A stretch of 64,000 nucleotides of DNA from NCBI RefSeq assembly GCF_006345805.1, contig NC_043014.1, forward strand, positions 44,640,001-44,704,000, read 5' to 3'. The notes under the pieces are model-generated. The model did no database searches. It was not told where the DNA came from and worked only from the letters and a program-made list of their open reading frames with translations. The translations under genes and the position numbers were made by a program. Positions 1 through 13,765 of this stretch are shown piece after piece. Every line of letters starts with the position of its first letter. The stretch's first letter is position 1. This DNA is from Octopus sinensis (lineage: Eukaryota).

Positions 1-19
1 AAAAATCAAATGGAAATTG

Positions 20-280
20 TAGTTAAGATACTTGTGTTGGTGACACGTAAAAGCACCAACCAATCGTTTGCCAGCCTTCCCTGGCACCTGTGCCAGTAGC
101 ACGTAAAAAGTACTCACTACACTCATAGAGTGGTTGGCGTTAGGAAGGGCATCCAGCTGTAGAAACGCTGCCAGATCAGCCTGGACCTTGGTACAGCCTC
201 CGGGCCTCCCAAACCCTGGTCGAACCATCCAACCCATGCTAGCATGGAAAACGGATGGTAAATGATGATGATGATGATAC
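20..280 (+). mobile_element. Short retroposon, family F (ggcacgtaaaaagcac...ggttggcgttaggaagggcatccagctgtagaaa...(ATG)n tail); probably RTE-dependent non-autonomous element
   Basis: Same ~200-bp body plus catgctagcatggaaaacgga..ttaaatgatgatgat tail recurs many times in the window on both strands. Confidence 0.7.
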
Positions 281-469
281 ATACACACACACACACACAC
301 ACACGCATATATATATATGTATGTATGTATGTATAGATATATAAACTATCTTCACAGATGTTTACATAGGAATAGTAACTATAGCAACAGGAAGTATAAC
401 TAGGTGGCATTGCTCTGTAGTTAAGGGGACATAATCTGTAAAAATCTATAAAATACTCCCAGTATTAAA

Positions 470-1760
470 ACAGTTTTTGAACAAATGCTATTTTTGAATC
501 AAATTAAATTCAAATTAATATTATTCTTCATTCAGAACTGGTTTGAACTTTTCAAAAAAAAAATCTTTTCTCTTACCTTCTTTATTTTGAGTTCACTTGA
601 GTCAGGAATATCATAAAATGAAAATATTCATAAAGAAACTTTAATACAGCATTTTTCAAAATGAGTATTTAATGGGATTTGTCTGACAAGAGTACCACTG
701 ATCTGCTGTTGGTATACTTGCATGCATTCTGCAATGAATTTTCCATCAAACCCCTACATATGTTTCTACATTATTTAGGTATTTGATATAGCAAATCAGA
801 TGTCTATTTTTACAGTTGTATCTGTAAACATTTTTCTTCCAGTGTTTGTGTTAATACAATCACTAGTATGTCGAAAAACAGTTGACATGTAGCACAAGGA
901 TTGTCATTACACTCAAATACTTTATTGTTCTTACTTAGATGCAACTTATCTTTTATCAATAGCTGTTTCACAGTTGTGACTTCCTTTGAACACATGTTTG
1001 ATTGGTATTTTAAATCTTTTAATTTATTAATTTATTACTTTGTTCGCTAATGGGTAAGTTTGATTTGGCAATATTAAAAATATTCTGATTACATAGATTA
1101 TGTGTCATTACAAAATGTACCGTATTATAGTCTTGTTTTCCATTTTCTTGAGTTCTTTGAATTCATTTCACATGTATTCATCTTACCGATTTTACAACAT
1201 TTCATACAAATAGAGGTAAATAGTTTTCAATAGAAACCCTTTGAGTTGTTCTTTGATATTTATATCATCAACAATGGTACAAATTCTCAAAACTAAATAG
1301 TATCAAATGTTACATTTTGTAAGTGCTGGATGGCACGATTTAAATTTCAGGTACTGATGTGTGTCTGTATAATATATATATCTGTTGTGATGCTGGTATT
1401 ATTTTAATGTTTATTATGTTGAGAAATAGCAATGTTGTAACAGTACTCATCTTTGTAAATTTCAGGATATCATGTAAACTGTTCAGAAGGATGCTGAATT
1501 GTCCAAATTAGAAAGCAGTCATCAAAAAGTCTTTCTGCTTTCTGATACAGTTTATGTTCCAAGTATCCCATTACTGAGTTTGCATATACTGGAGCAAACT
1601 TGGTTCCCATGGCTGTATCTCTAATTTGTAGATAGTTTTTAATATTAAAAAATATATTATTCTCAAGAATAACACTGATAGTGTCTAACATAAAAACTAT
1701 AATAAATCTAGTAGGAAATGCTTCTGTATGTTTTTTTCAATTCAATATTTGATTGCTGTT
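470..1760 (-). pseudogene. Decayed Penelope-like element: RT C-terminal part to GIY-YIG endonuclease region
   Basis: ORF 1470-1691 LQIRDTAMGTKFAPVYANSVMGYLE...DDCFLIW matches the Penelope RT GTAMG..AP.YA...MG.LE and DD motifs; ORF 810-995 has the Cys-containing linker (CNDNPCATC) that precedes GIY-YIG; multiple stops and frameshifts. Confidence 0.8.
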
Positions 1761-1779
1761 TTTTCCTATATAATGAAGA

Positions 1780-2560
1780 ATATTTGTGTAGAGGCTTACT
1801 ACATCAAAACTAATCAATGAATTTGGTTCTGTCACTTTGGATAGATGAGACAGAAAATCAATGACATCTTGAATGAAACTTAGTATGCAGATGCATAGTG
1901 GTTCCAAATAATCTCAACAAGATTACTTAGAATGTGTAAAATGAATGCATGCAGGATAATTTCAAGCAACCCAAGAAAGCAGAATACAAGACTGGGTAAA
2001 ATAATTATAATGTCACCAAATTAAACTTGCCTATTGCCAAAGTAATACATTAAATGATTTAATTACCATCAAACATTTGTTCAAAGCGAATGACAATGAA
2101 ATAAAACTCTTAAAACAATTGTTGACAAAGGTAAAGTTTGATCTACACAAAAATGATAAAAACTTCCAAATATCTAGGTGCAAAGACAATCATTGTCATA
2201 TGTTGATCATTATATCAATGCAAAGACTGGAAGAAAAATATTTATAAATGCATATATGAACTGCAAAATTTGATTTTAATATATCAAATGCCTGCATGAT
2301 GAAGAAATATATATTGGCCTAACTGGATATTCATTATTATAATACACGCAAGTACATGGGTAACAAATTAAGGATCCTTTTGATAAACAAATCCCATTAA
2401 GAAAAATGCTGTAATACAATTTTTTAAATATTTTCATTTTTATAGTCTTTATAACTCAAGGAAGACAAAATGAAAGAGTTTCATTGAGAAGATGAAACAG
2501 GTACTGAATGGGCAATAATATTAATTTGAATTAAATTTGATTTAAAAATAACACTCACTC
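1780..2560 (+). pseudogene. Second decayed Penelope-like fragment (linker, GIY-YIG region and 3' end), inverted relative to 470-1760
   Basis: Translates KQLLTKVKFDLHKNDKNFQISRCKDNHC...EIYIGLTG; 3' end tgaatgggcaataatattaatttgaattaaatttgatttaaaaata matches the reverse complement of ~490-535. Confidence 0.7.
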
Positions 2561-2804
2561 AAAAAGCCTGTTGTCTGACAGTCTGTAAGGAAGTTATAAA
2601 TAAATGACTTGTTAAAACAATATAAGCAATCTTTGTATATTGACGATAGGCTCTCTCACTCTCTCTGCCAACTGAGTAGCCATGTATCTCCTCTGCAGCA
2701 AGACACCTGTTTCTGTCCCTCAAAATTTAACCTCTCATTGCCTGGCACAAAGCCACTTCCCTCAATTCTCAGTTGAGGGGTCATCGTCTTGCAAGTTACT
2801 TGGT

Positions 2805-3190
2805 GACGTCCCCCATGGTGGTGCCATATAAAAAACACCCAGTACATTCTGTAAAATGGTGGGTGTTGCGAAGGGCATCCAGCTATAAAATCCATGCCAA
2901 AGCAAACAGTGAAGCTTGGTACAGACCTCTGACTCACCAATTCCTATCAAACCATCCAACACATGACAGCATGGAAAATGGACATCAAATGTTAATGATG
3001 ATGATATATACATGTGTGTATGTGTATGCATGTGTGCGTGTGTGTGTATATATATATATATGTAAAAAAACCTTGCCAGATCAGATTGGAGCTTGGTGCA
3101 GCCTACTGGCTTGCCAGTCCTTAGTTAAATCGTCCAACCCAAGCCAGCATGGAAAACGAACATTAAACAAAAATAATGATGATGATGATG
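2805..3190 (+). mobile_element. Two adjacent family F copies (one body plus tail, one tail-only) separated by TG/TA repeat
   Basis: aagggcatccagctataaaat...catggaaaatggacatcaaatgttaatgatgatgat, then ccagatcagattggagc...catggaaaacgaacattaaac..atgatgat. Confidence 0.65.
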
Positions 3191-3869
3191 ATACACAGAC
3201 CACTAGATTCTTTCAGTTTGTGTGTATCAAATCTACTCACAAGGTTTTGGTCAGCCCAAGGGAATAGTAGAAGACACTTGTCCAAAGTGTCATGCAATGA
3301 GAGCGAAGCCAAAACCCCTGTGGTCAGGAAGCAAAATCTTCAACCACACGGTCACACAAGCACCTATATATAAATATAATCATCATCATAATCATCATCC
3401 TTTAACATTCGTTTTCCATGCTGGCATATATATATAGATGTTTTGCAAACAACTTGTACGTGCAAGTGCTACTAGGCAAAAGCTCTGCATACCGGACACC
3501 AGCAAGGGTATGGGGCCATCAGGAGAGAATACGTGCCGTTTGGGGACTTACCTCTCAACAGCATCATTGTGCACCAGCCCCATTCACTGATATGAGATCC
3601 CGCTTGCTAAATCAACCGGTTATCAAATAAAGCTCAATATTCTTCTAGCCATTGCTCATCGCTTTTTAACTAAATCCAGTGGTTAGCCTTTTCCACTGTA
3701 GTTTGGATATCGGCCATGGTAGCATTTACTTTATGATGGCATATATATATATATATATATAAATAGATTGGTAGATAGATATTTATATATGTATATGTGG
3801 ATATATACATGTATACATATGTGTGTGTGTGTGTATATATATATATACTAGAGTTCAATTTGAAGACTC

Positions 3870-4010
3870 TACTAGAATGGACGAAAGCACTAATATATGA
3901 TATATAAAAACATGTAACATACTAATAAATATCTGTAAATATAAAACCATCCAGATTTCTGAGTACCTCATTTTTTCAAATATAAGATACCTGTACATCA
4001 TCTCCAAACC

Positions 4011-4016
<6 letters not shown>
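3870..4016. repeat. Unclassified dispersed repeat fragment ending in TA microsatellite (paralog at 16240-16412)
   Basis: taaatatctgtaaatataaaaccatcca..ttctgagtacctcattt..catcatctccaaaccttc shared with 16240-16412. Confidence 0.65.
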
Positions 4017-4062
<46 letters not shown>

Positions 4063-4090
4063 ATATATATATATATATATACATACATAC

Positions 4091-4145
<55 letters not shown>

Positions 4146-4826
4146 TATATACACACACATGCATACATATGTATACACAGTAATGAATGACTAGCACTTG
4201 CAACACAAAAAAGGGAAAACAATTTAAGCAGTATTCTACACACACACACACAAACACACTCACACACACACACACACATGCATACCATTTCACCACATTA
4301 CATTCATTAAAACATACATACACACCAACATGGAACCAAACACATGCACAAGCAAGAAAAAACTTCTTTAACCAGCATTTAATGAATTTGCCTATGTCCT
4401 TCTTATTAAGGGTAACTTCCTAGATCTGCAACTCATTCTTCTCATCTTGGCAAACCAAGACATTTACAGTTATTTAGCTTTCCAAGAGGCACAATAAAAA
4501 TACAAATGATATGAACTCAAGACCCATGTGTTGGGAGTTCAATATCTGATCGATATAGCTATTTCACCTAAATATATACACAAACAAACACATGTCTATT
4601 CCCTAGTTTGTTTTGGCATGATTTCTAAAGCTGGATGCCCTTCCTAATGCCAGCCACTTTACAGAGTGTACAAGGTGCATTTTACATGGCACGAGCACCA
4701 GTGCTTCTTATGTAACACCATCACCAGTGCCTTTTACACGTCACCTTCACCTTTACATTTTATGTGGAACTTCCATGTCTGTTTTTGCAGGGTTTTTACA
4801 ATATATATGCATACATTTACACATAC

Positions 4827-5230
4827 ACGCATACGAGTGGCCGTGTGGTAAGTAGCTTGCTTACCAACCACACGGTTCCGGGTTCAGTCCCACTGCGTGG
4901 CATCTTGGGCAAGTGTCTTCTGCTATAGCCCCGGGCCGACCAATGCCTTGTGAGTGGATTTGGTAGACAGAAACTGAAAGAAGCCTGTCGTATATATGTA
5001 TATATGTATGTATGTGTGTGTTTGTGTGTCTGTGTTTGTCCCCCTAGCATTGCTTGACAACCGATGCTGGTGTGTTTACGTCCCCGTCACTTAGCGGTTC
5101 GGCAAAAGAGACCGATAGAATAAGTACTGGGCTTACAAAGAATAAGTCCCAGGGTCGATTTGCTCGACTAAAGGTGGTGCTCCAGCATGGCCGCAGTCAA
5201 ATGACTGAAACAAGTAAAAGAGTAAAAGAG
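4827..5230 (+). mobile_element. tRNA-headed SINE, family A (CORE-like central motif), full length
   Basis: A-box-like gtggccgtgtggtaag, B-box-like gggttcagtccc, cttgggcaagtgtctt motif, internal TA/TG tract, (gtaaaaga)n tail; about 10 long copies in window. Confidence 0.85.
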
Positions 5231-5869
5231 TTATGCATATAAATTGTGAAATTTGTGTCACTGATAATGATTTCTTGTATTGGGACACAAACACAAAGTA
5301 TCTGTGAGATACAACTGAATTAACCCAGGTACATAACTGGTATTCATTCTGTCAAAAGTAGAGGGATGAGGGACGGAAAGTAAAATCCCCCTGACGATGT
5401 TTTTGATTTCATAACACCAGGAATTTCGTTTGGTGCTCAGCTATTTTTGTCATTCCACCATCTTTGATGATCTAATGCCAAACCGGATATGTGACCATCT
5501 CGTACAAGCAGGCAATATCATTTTTTTTTTTTTTATTACAGCACATTGTTCAGTTTGGCTTCATATTTTGAATTTCTTTGTAAAGGCCAAGCATTTTTAC
5601 TGCCATAAATCTACTCTCAGGGAACATAACCGATGCCAAGTCTGAAGCTTGGTAAACGATACTGAATCAATGGCTGTAACAACTGAAAGAAGTTCAGAAA
5701 TCTTTCGGTATTACATTCAATCATGTGGGACTCTATGTTCTGGGGAAGTGTGCATTTCCAGTGTCAGATGGGGTAAAATATATGATTTTGTCTTCCTTAG
5801 TGAAACATATTTCAAATGAGGCAGGATTATTTGAAACTGACTTTGTGTTAATCCATATATATCTTTGAT

Positions 5870-6280
5870 TTATGTAATTATTCCTTTCTATTATAAGCAC
5901 AGGGCCTGAAATTTCGGGGGTGGGAGCCAGTCGATCAGATCAACCCCTAGTATGCAACTCGTGCTTAATTTATCGACCCCAAAAAGGATGAAAGGCAAAG
6001 TTGACCTCAGCGGAATTTGAACTCAGAACATAGCGGTAGATGAAATGCTTATTTCTTTACTATCCACAAGGGGCTAAACACAGAGAGGACAAACAAGGAC
6101 AGACAAATGGATTAAATCGATTATATCGATCCCAGTGCGTAACTGGTACTTATTTAATCGACCCCGAAAGGATGAAAGGCAAAGTCGACCTCGGCAGAAT
6201 TTGAACTCAGAACGTAGCGGCAGATGAAATACTGCTAAGCATTTCACCTGCCATGCTAACAATTCTGTCAGCTCATTGCT
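5870..6280 (-). mobile_element. Tandem dimer of tRNA-headed SINE family E
   Basis: Two successive copies of gttcaaattc.gccgaggtcgactttgcctttcatcc..ggggtcgataaattaag (reverse complement); junction at ~6048. Confidence 0.8.
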
Positions 6281-6445
6281 TTTTTTATTTGTGTAATTAT
6301 CAATATACATACTAGGTTTTAATGGAGTTTTCTGACTTGCCAACTCCAATCAAACCATCCAATCCATGCCAGTATGGAAGAAGAACATTAAATGAAGATG
6401 ACGATGATAATGATGTATATAAGTTTACATATATTTCATCATATA

Positions 6446-6617
6446 GGTGCAGGAGTGGCTGTGTGGTAAGTAGCTTGCTTACCAACCACATGGTTCTGGG
6501 TTCAGTCCCACTGTGCAGCACGTTGGGCAAGTGTCTTCTACTATAGTCCCGGGCTGACCAAAGCCTTGTGAGTGGATTTGGTAGACGGAAACTGAAAGAA
6601 GCCCATCATATATATGT

Positions 6618-6661
<44 letters not shown>

Positions 6662-6903
6662 TATATATAAATGTGTGTGTGTGTGTGTGTGTATGTGTGT
6701 CTGTGTTCGTCCCTGCAACATTGCTTGACAACCGATGCTGGTGTGTTTGCGTCCCCATAACTTAGCGGTTCAGCAAAAGAGACCGATAGTATAAGTACTA
6801 GGCTTACAAAGAATGAGTCCTGGGGGTCGATTTGCTCGACTAAAGGTGGTGCTCCAGCATGACCACAGTCAAATGACTGAAACAAGTAAAAGAGTAAAAG
6901 AGT
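6446..6903 (+). mobile_element. SINE family A, full length
   Basis: ggtgcaggagtggctgtgtggtaag head to aagtaaaagagtaaaagag tail; expanded internal (TA)n(TG)n. Confidence 0.85.
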
Positions 6904-7189
6904 ATACCTTGATGGTGACTGGCTTGAGATTACTACTGGCACCTCACTGACATCAAATGTGTTGAACACAGTGTGTAAATTAATGGCACCAGTTCTCCAG
7001 AACTACTGGATTTGTTGTGTACACAAACAGGCTGGTGGCTTATTCCTCTGCGATTGATCAAATGATGTAGACATCTCTGATTACAACTCAATAAGGTTTG
7101 AAAATTGATTAAGGTTGTTCATCATTTTTTTCAATCTACTGAGAAATAGTTCAATTTACAATATTTCTATGTCCACTACATAGGTTTAT

Positions 7190-7212
7190 ATATATAAATA
7201 TTAATATGTATG

Positions 7213-7299
<87 letters not shown>

Positions 7300-7504
7300 A
7301 TATATGTGTGTATGTATGTATATATATAAAAATGTAAATGGTAAATGAAAGATAGATGTTATGTGTCAAAACAATTGTAGTGATTAATAAAAATTCTCGG
7401 ATCTTTCATTGTATCGTCTTTCCTTTACCATATGCATAACGAACATTGTGAAAGTGCCCTTGCATTACCAATAACCTACCAGGTATAAACCATTCATTTC
7501 ATTA

Positions 7505-7577
<73 letters not shown>

Positions 7578-7578
7578 C

Positions 7579-7612
<34 letters not shown>

Positions 7613-7883
7613 ATAGATATATATATATATAATATATATATATATATTATATATATATATATATACACATACATATATATATATATATTATATAATATAT
7701 ATAATATATATATAATATATATATAATATATATATATATAGATAGATATGTATATGTATGTATATATATATATTATATATTATATATTATATATATTATA
7801 TATATATAAATATATAATATATATATATATATCTATATATATATATATATATATAGATATATATATATATATGTGTGTGTATG

Positions 7884-7931
<48 letters not shown>

Positions 7932-8138
7932 TATATATATATATACATATATATAATTCGCTTCTTTTTTTTTTGCCAAATAAACACGCACACTAAATAT
8001 TTATTCTTCACTCGTTTATTACCGTTCTTATTTTATCTTAAAATAAGACTAGTATTAAACAAGTGAAGAACAAATATATAGTGTCTGTGTTTATTTGGCA
8101 AAAAAAAACCGTCCTAAAATATAATTACACACATATAT

Positions 8139-8191
<53 letters not shown>

Positions 8192-8200
8192 CATACACAC
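7190..8200. repeat. Large interrupted (TA)n microsatellite field
   Basis: Several long imperfect TA tracts; source of the spurious poly-YI ORFs. Confidence 0.95.
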
Positions 8201-8762
8201 ACATACATAGGCATGACTGTGTGACTAAGAAGTTCAGTACATGACCACATGGTCAAGTGTTTGATCTCACTGCACTGCTATCCTGGGTAAGTGTCTTAAT
8301 ACAATAATCTTGGGCTATCAAATACCTTGTGAGTTGAATTTAGAGGAAAGCTGTCCAGATGTTCATTACGAATATATGTGTGTGTATGCACGCATATGTA
8401 TGCACACACAAGTATCGGCCTTGTATATACACCTATGCATACATATCCATTCATTTTACACCTATTTTCCATGCCAGCGTGGTTAGTCTGACATTTTTTA
8501 CGAAGCACTATTTTATGCTCTTCCTGTTGCCAACTCTTACCTGTCTTTTGCACGCAGGAATATTTTCTTATCGTTCCACTGTACTTTGAAAATGCAGAGC
8601 TACAAAACATGTTCACAGGGAGTGGAAGCATGACATCGCCATTTTCTACTCGGATCGTCTTATACGAATAAGGAGAAATGGCAATATTCACATACAGACA
8701 CATGCATTGATACACACATATACATGCTTATGTATGTGTGTGTGTGTATATATACTTATGTA

Positions 8763-9074
8763 TGTATATCACGTGATCACGTGACCGACCAGACCATCAG
8801 ATGTTGTTACACATCGCTGGTCACAATGCGTTCACATTGTTTTAGCCTTCGAATGATGCCACCCCGCTGGCTAAGCGAGCAGGCCAACAGAAGGAAGAGT
8901 GGGAGAAAGAGTAATGAAAGAGTACAGCAGGGATCATCACCCCCTGCTGGAGATTCGTGGAGCTTTTAGGTGTTTTTGGTCAATAAACACTCACAACGCC
9001 CGGTCTGGGAATCGAAACCGTGATCCTACGACCATGAGTCCGCTGCCCTAACCACTGGGCCATTGCGCCTCCAC
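8763..9074 (-). mobile_element. tRNA-headed SINE, family B
   Basis: Reverse complement begins gtggaggcgcaatggcccagtggttagg...ggtttcgattcccagacc (A and B boxes); homologous to 44703-44870 and to tail fragments at 36097 and 36342. Confidence 0.8.
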
Positions 9075-9109
9075 GTATATATATATATATATATTATATA
9101 TATATATAT

Positions 9110-9186
<77 letters not shown>

Positions 9187-11176
9187 TGAGAAAGGGTGTG
9201 TGAAAGCACGTGGTTGGATGTATAAAAGATAGAAAAGAGTGAAAAAACTACAGAAGGCTTGTTTTATAAGGTTAAAGAATATATTTAAGCCGTTATGGTA
9301 GAAAAATGTTATAAAATTTTGCATATAGTAACATAGTTTTGGGAGAAATAACCGGTTTCGTGTATACTTTTCAAATTTCTCAAATTTCTTTACCTACATC
9401 GTGTCATGTCATATATATATGTATGACTGGTTTCCATACAACTTCCGTCAACCAATTCCACTCACGAGGCATCGGTTGGTTTGAAGATATAGTAGAAAAT
9501 ATCTGCTCAAGATACCACACATTTAGACTGAATCAGACTTGTGAAGCAGACTTCATAACCATACCTTAGACAAGTTTCTTTTACTATGGCCCTGAGTCTT
9601 GGGTGAGGATTTGGCAGACAGAAACTGCGAGAGACCTATTGTGTATATGCATATGTGCACACACACACACATATATATATATAGTTGTAATAATGAGTCA
9701 AATCAAATAGTGATCTTTGGAAATCATTTAATATGTACATCACAGGTTTGCGTAATATATATAATAGGAAGTGTAGCCTTTACATAAACCTTTCTCAGGT
9801 AAAGCATTTCAAAAATACTTTTGAAATATATTAAATGATTTTAAAATATCACCGTTTGGCTTGAGTTCCTTATTACAGCTAATACAACTTGATGCCAGTA
9901 CAAACTAGCCGGTCTTGATTCAACTTATGTGGATACACCAACAACGATTTGGAGTCGTATGCTATATTTGACTCTAGTCGAAAATTCTAGTACCATGCAT
10001 CACTTCTTAGACTATCATCGTAGCTCCGTTAGGGGCTTGCGAAAGTTGAAGTAGCACAGAATCCGAATCAAACCGTTTTGAATAATAGTATATATATATA
10101 GTTATTCACAACAATGCTAATAGAGATACAAGGACACATTAAGTCGATACATCGACTATATGATAGTTATATATGTAATATCGACCCCGAAAGGATGGCG
10201 TCGACCTCGCGAATTGAACCAGAATGCAACGGCAGACGAAATACTGTGAACATCCGTTTGTGTTCTCATATATATATATATATATATATATATGATATCA
10301 AACAAACATATCATACATACATACAACATATATATATAAATATATATATAAGAGAGAGGGGGGCAGGCAAAGGTTGACTGTGTCGTTACAAGATGTGCTT
10401 CCCAACCACATGATTCCTGATTCGTTCCATCACATGGTATCTTGGGCAAATGTCTTTTACTGTAGCCATGGGCTGACCAAAACCTTGTGAGTCGACTTAA
10501 CAGATAGAGATTGAAACCACACAGCCATGCATGTGTGTGCATATGAGTGCTTTTGTGTGTGTGTGTGTGTGTGTTGATATTTTACCTTATAAATCAGCTT
10601 GTTATTAAGCTTCAAAAAGATATATGACTAACAATATTTAATCTTAGCCAAATCGGCAGCCTTTGATTAAAATCGGGCAAATAAAATTTCCTCACCTTAT
10701 AAATTCACCCAAGTGTATATAAGCGTTTTAAAAGTGACTAACAGAGTTGCATAATTTGTATTCATCTCTTCCTTTCCGTTTTTCACCTACTTTTCTTCTT
10801 TTTATATTAATCAGGATTAAGTAACTGGAGGGACTTACGTTATCAATCGCTGAATCTGTGGAGATTTCATTACATTCTCACAGATATATTATTTTTTCAA
10901 GCCCTTAGGCAATACACATTGCAATACTTATCTTATCTCATTTATCCTAACTAAAGGGAAGGACAAAAAATGCATCACTCTTACTTAACAGCTGAGTAAT
11001 AAGTGTAAAAATACCATGTTCCAGCAATGCATCCAGACATGAATTTACAGAACTATCCAACCCATGTTAATATATATATATATAAATTTATAAATAAGGA
11101 TTATATCGATATTTAAATATCGATATTATCAAGTGGCCAGCATGGGAATAAATACCATACAAAGGTAATTTTTTAC

Positions 11177-11265
11177 AACTATAAATAAGGGTATCTGAGA
11201 GACACCACCATGCCGAAATAGCAGCCAAAACCCTGCTATTTCTCTCAGATACCCTATTTATAGTT
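11177..11265. repeat. Nested fold-back hairpin next to TA tract
   Basis: aactataaataagggtatctgagaga pairs with tctctcagataccctatttatagtt; inner gaaatagcag/ctgctatttc stem. Confidence 0.85.
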
Positions 11266-11268
11266 TTA

Positions 11269-11311
<43 letters not shown>

Positions 11312-12139
11312 ATATATAAACATTAAATAAGTGGTAAGATGTTAATTTTTTTTTTTAAATCCGATTTAGGCTTTGTCTCAAGATTTTGAAAATAACATTT
11401 AAGAAAATAAATTTTGTAAGAGCCCTAGTTAACATGCTGGCAATCAGTTGTCAGAAGGCATTTTTATATAAAGGGATACCATGATCAAATAAAAAAAAAG
11501 GGGGGGGGACCAACAAGTATGTTAGAAATATAATAAATATGACATGTGAGTTAAATCTAGATAAATAAAACGCAAAAGCAGGCACTAGATGGACGACAAA
11601 ATTTGAGACTGAACTCGGCCGTTTTCGGTTTAAAAGACAGCTGTTCAACCTACCCAGACTGATTTGACATTATCCGTGGTGATAGTATTGTCAATTCCTT
11701 GAAACGTCTTTCGGTACACGCATACCCATACATAACAAAAACCTTCACCATTCACAATAATCATAGGTATCTCGAACATGAGTGTATGTGCGAGTATATA
11801 TATATATTATATTAAATTAGAGATAAAACCACTATTAGGCAAATCAAACAGTGAAAAACATAAGCCAATACATAAAATTGATTTAATTTATATTATTTTA
11901 AATATATCAAAAGTATTAAAAGTTTAATAAAAGATAAAGAGTAAAACACTACGATCGTTTCATGGCTGTACCTATTCGAATAACAATAATTTAAATTCAA
12001 TTAATAATTCGAGTTATGGTTGTATATATATATATATTATATATATATATATATATATATTGGTAAAAACGGTAAGATAACAAAAGAAAGAAAGAGACCT
12101 CAATATTATGTAAATAGAGGAAATTTATCCGTAAAAATA

Positions 12140-12273
12140 ATGTGACAATTATTCAATAGCCAAGATAAAACTCTGAGAAGGCCAGATAGATAACCGAAGA
12201 GATGGTGTTGTGGATTTCCACCTCGGCATCCGAAACTCAGAGTTTTATCTTGGCTATTGAATAATTGTCACAT
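12140..12273 (+). ncRNA. 38-bp perfect inverted repeat enclosing a degenerate minimal type I hammerhead-ribozyme-like motif
   Basis: Arms 12140-12177 and 12236-12273; AGATAA-CCGAAGA-GATG..CATC-C-GAAAC-TCAGA-GTT-TTATCT (stem I AGATAA/TTATCT). Confidence 0.55.
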
Positions 12274-13466
12274 ATTATTTTACAGATATATATATATATA
12301 TATATATATTGTAGATCCTATATATATATATATATATATATGTTGTAGATCCCACCCGTCATTTACATACCTGACACCACCTGTGTAGCACCTCACAACA
12401 CCCCTCCCAGAGCAAGAATCGAAACGGCGAGCTCATAACAGTGTCTCTGATATTTTACATATGAACTCAAGTCCCGTGTCTATAAATATCACATATGGAA
12501 AGGAAGGAAGTAGGTTTGATACGTGCGTGTCGGTATGGTTGTGTGCAAGTGATTTGCGCGCGCGTGTGCGTGTGTGTGTACGCGTCTGTGTATATATATA
12601 TATATACGAAATGGAAATAGTCTAGAGCTGCAGCCAATACGGAATTAATAGGAAACTCCACTAGTGAATAGCTCAACTTGTCAGTAATAAACATCTATAC
12701 GACTGCATCATCACCACCATCATATGACTATTTCGATCAAAGATTTCTTTTCCTTTTTTTTTCACCCTTTTATTATTATTTACTAGATGATGTGACAACA
12801 ACTTACAGGCTATCCGGAGGAATGAAGGAAGATTAAGGGATTAAGCGGGGCATAACAAATAATACTGAATTAACAGATTACACACAAACATACTTATACA
12901 TATACATATATATATATATATATAATAAACCTTTACATAAATAAAAAAACGTGAAATACACGAAGGGACGAACAAAAAGACAAACGGGTCATTCAAAGCC
13001 TTCATTCTTCAGTCAGAAACTGATCCCTCATCGCAGATTTCGGCTGTATATAGTCAGTCAATGCTATCTCTCTTAAATTACATATAAACCTGCACACACG
13101 AAAACACATCATTAAAGAAATGGGGGGGGGGGGAATTAGGAGAAAGCCAAAGGGAATAGAGTGTGAAAAATTCCCTTTGTGTGATGACGTTAAAATGAAA
13201 GTGGTACAGAGTCTGGGAAAAACATGCTTTTTGCTTGGTCTGATTGCAGCAAGGATGGTAGCGTTATTTCTGATATGTAAATACACACACACACACACAC
13301 ACACATACACATACACACGTACATATGTACGTACGTATGTACGTATGTATGTATGTACGTACGTACTTACTTTCACTTTCGAACCAAGTGATACCTTAGA
13401 AAAATAGAACCAGCTATATTTCGTCGATGACAGCGGAAAGGAGGAGAAAAAAAAAGGGGGAAAACG

Positions 13467-13512
<46 letters not shown>

Positions 13513-13733
13513 TATATACATGTATGTGTTCGTGTGAGTTATTTTTTTCGACGACTAACAGAATAAAAGGCTTACTACAAGCACATTCAGTCTCCCGAGT
13601 AGGAATTTCCTTCCGTAGTGAATACGTTATGAGGACGTTTCCAACAATACACCGATCGTCTCCCCGTTATTAAAACTATTGATTTACTTAGATTCCAAAC
13701 GGCTAACTAACGACATTACACACATATACATAC

Positions 13734-13765
<32 letters not shown>

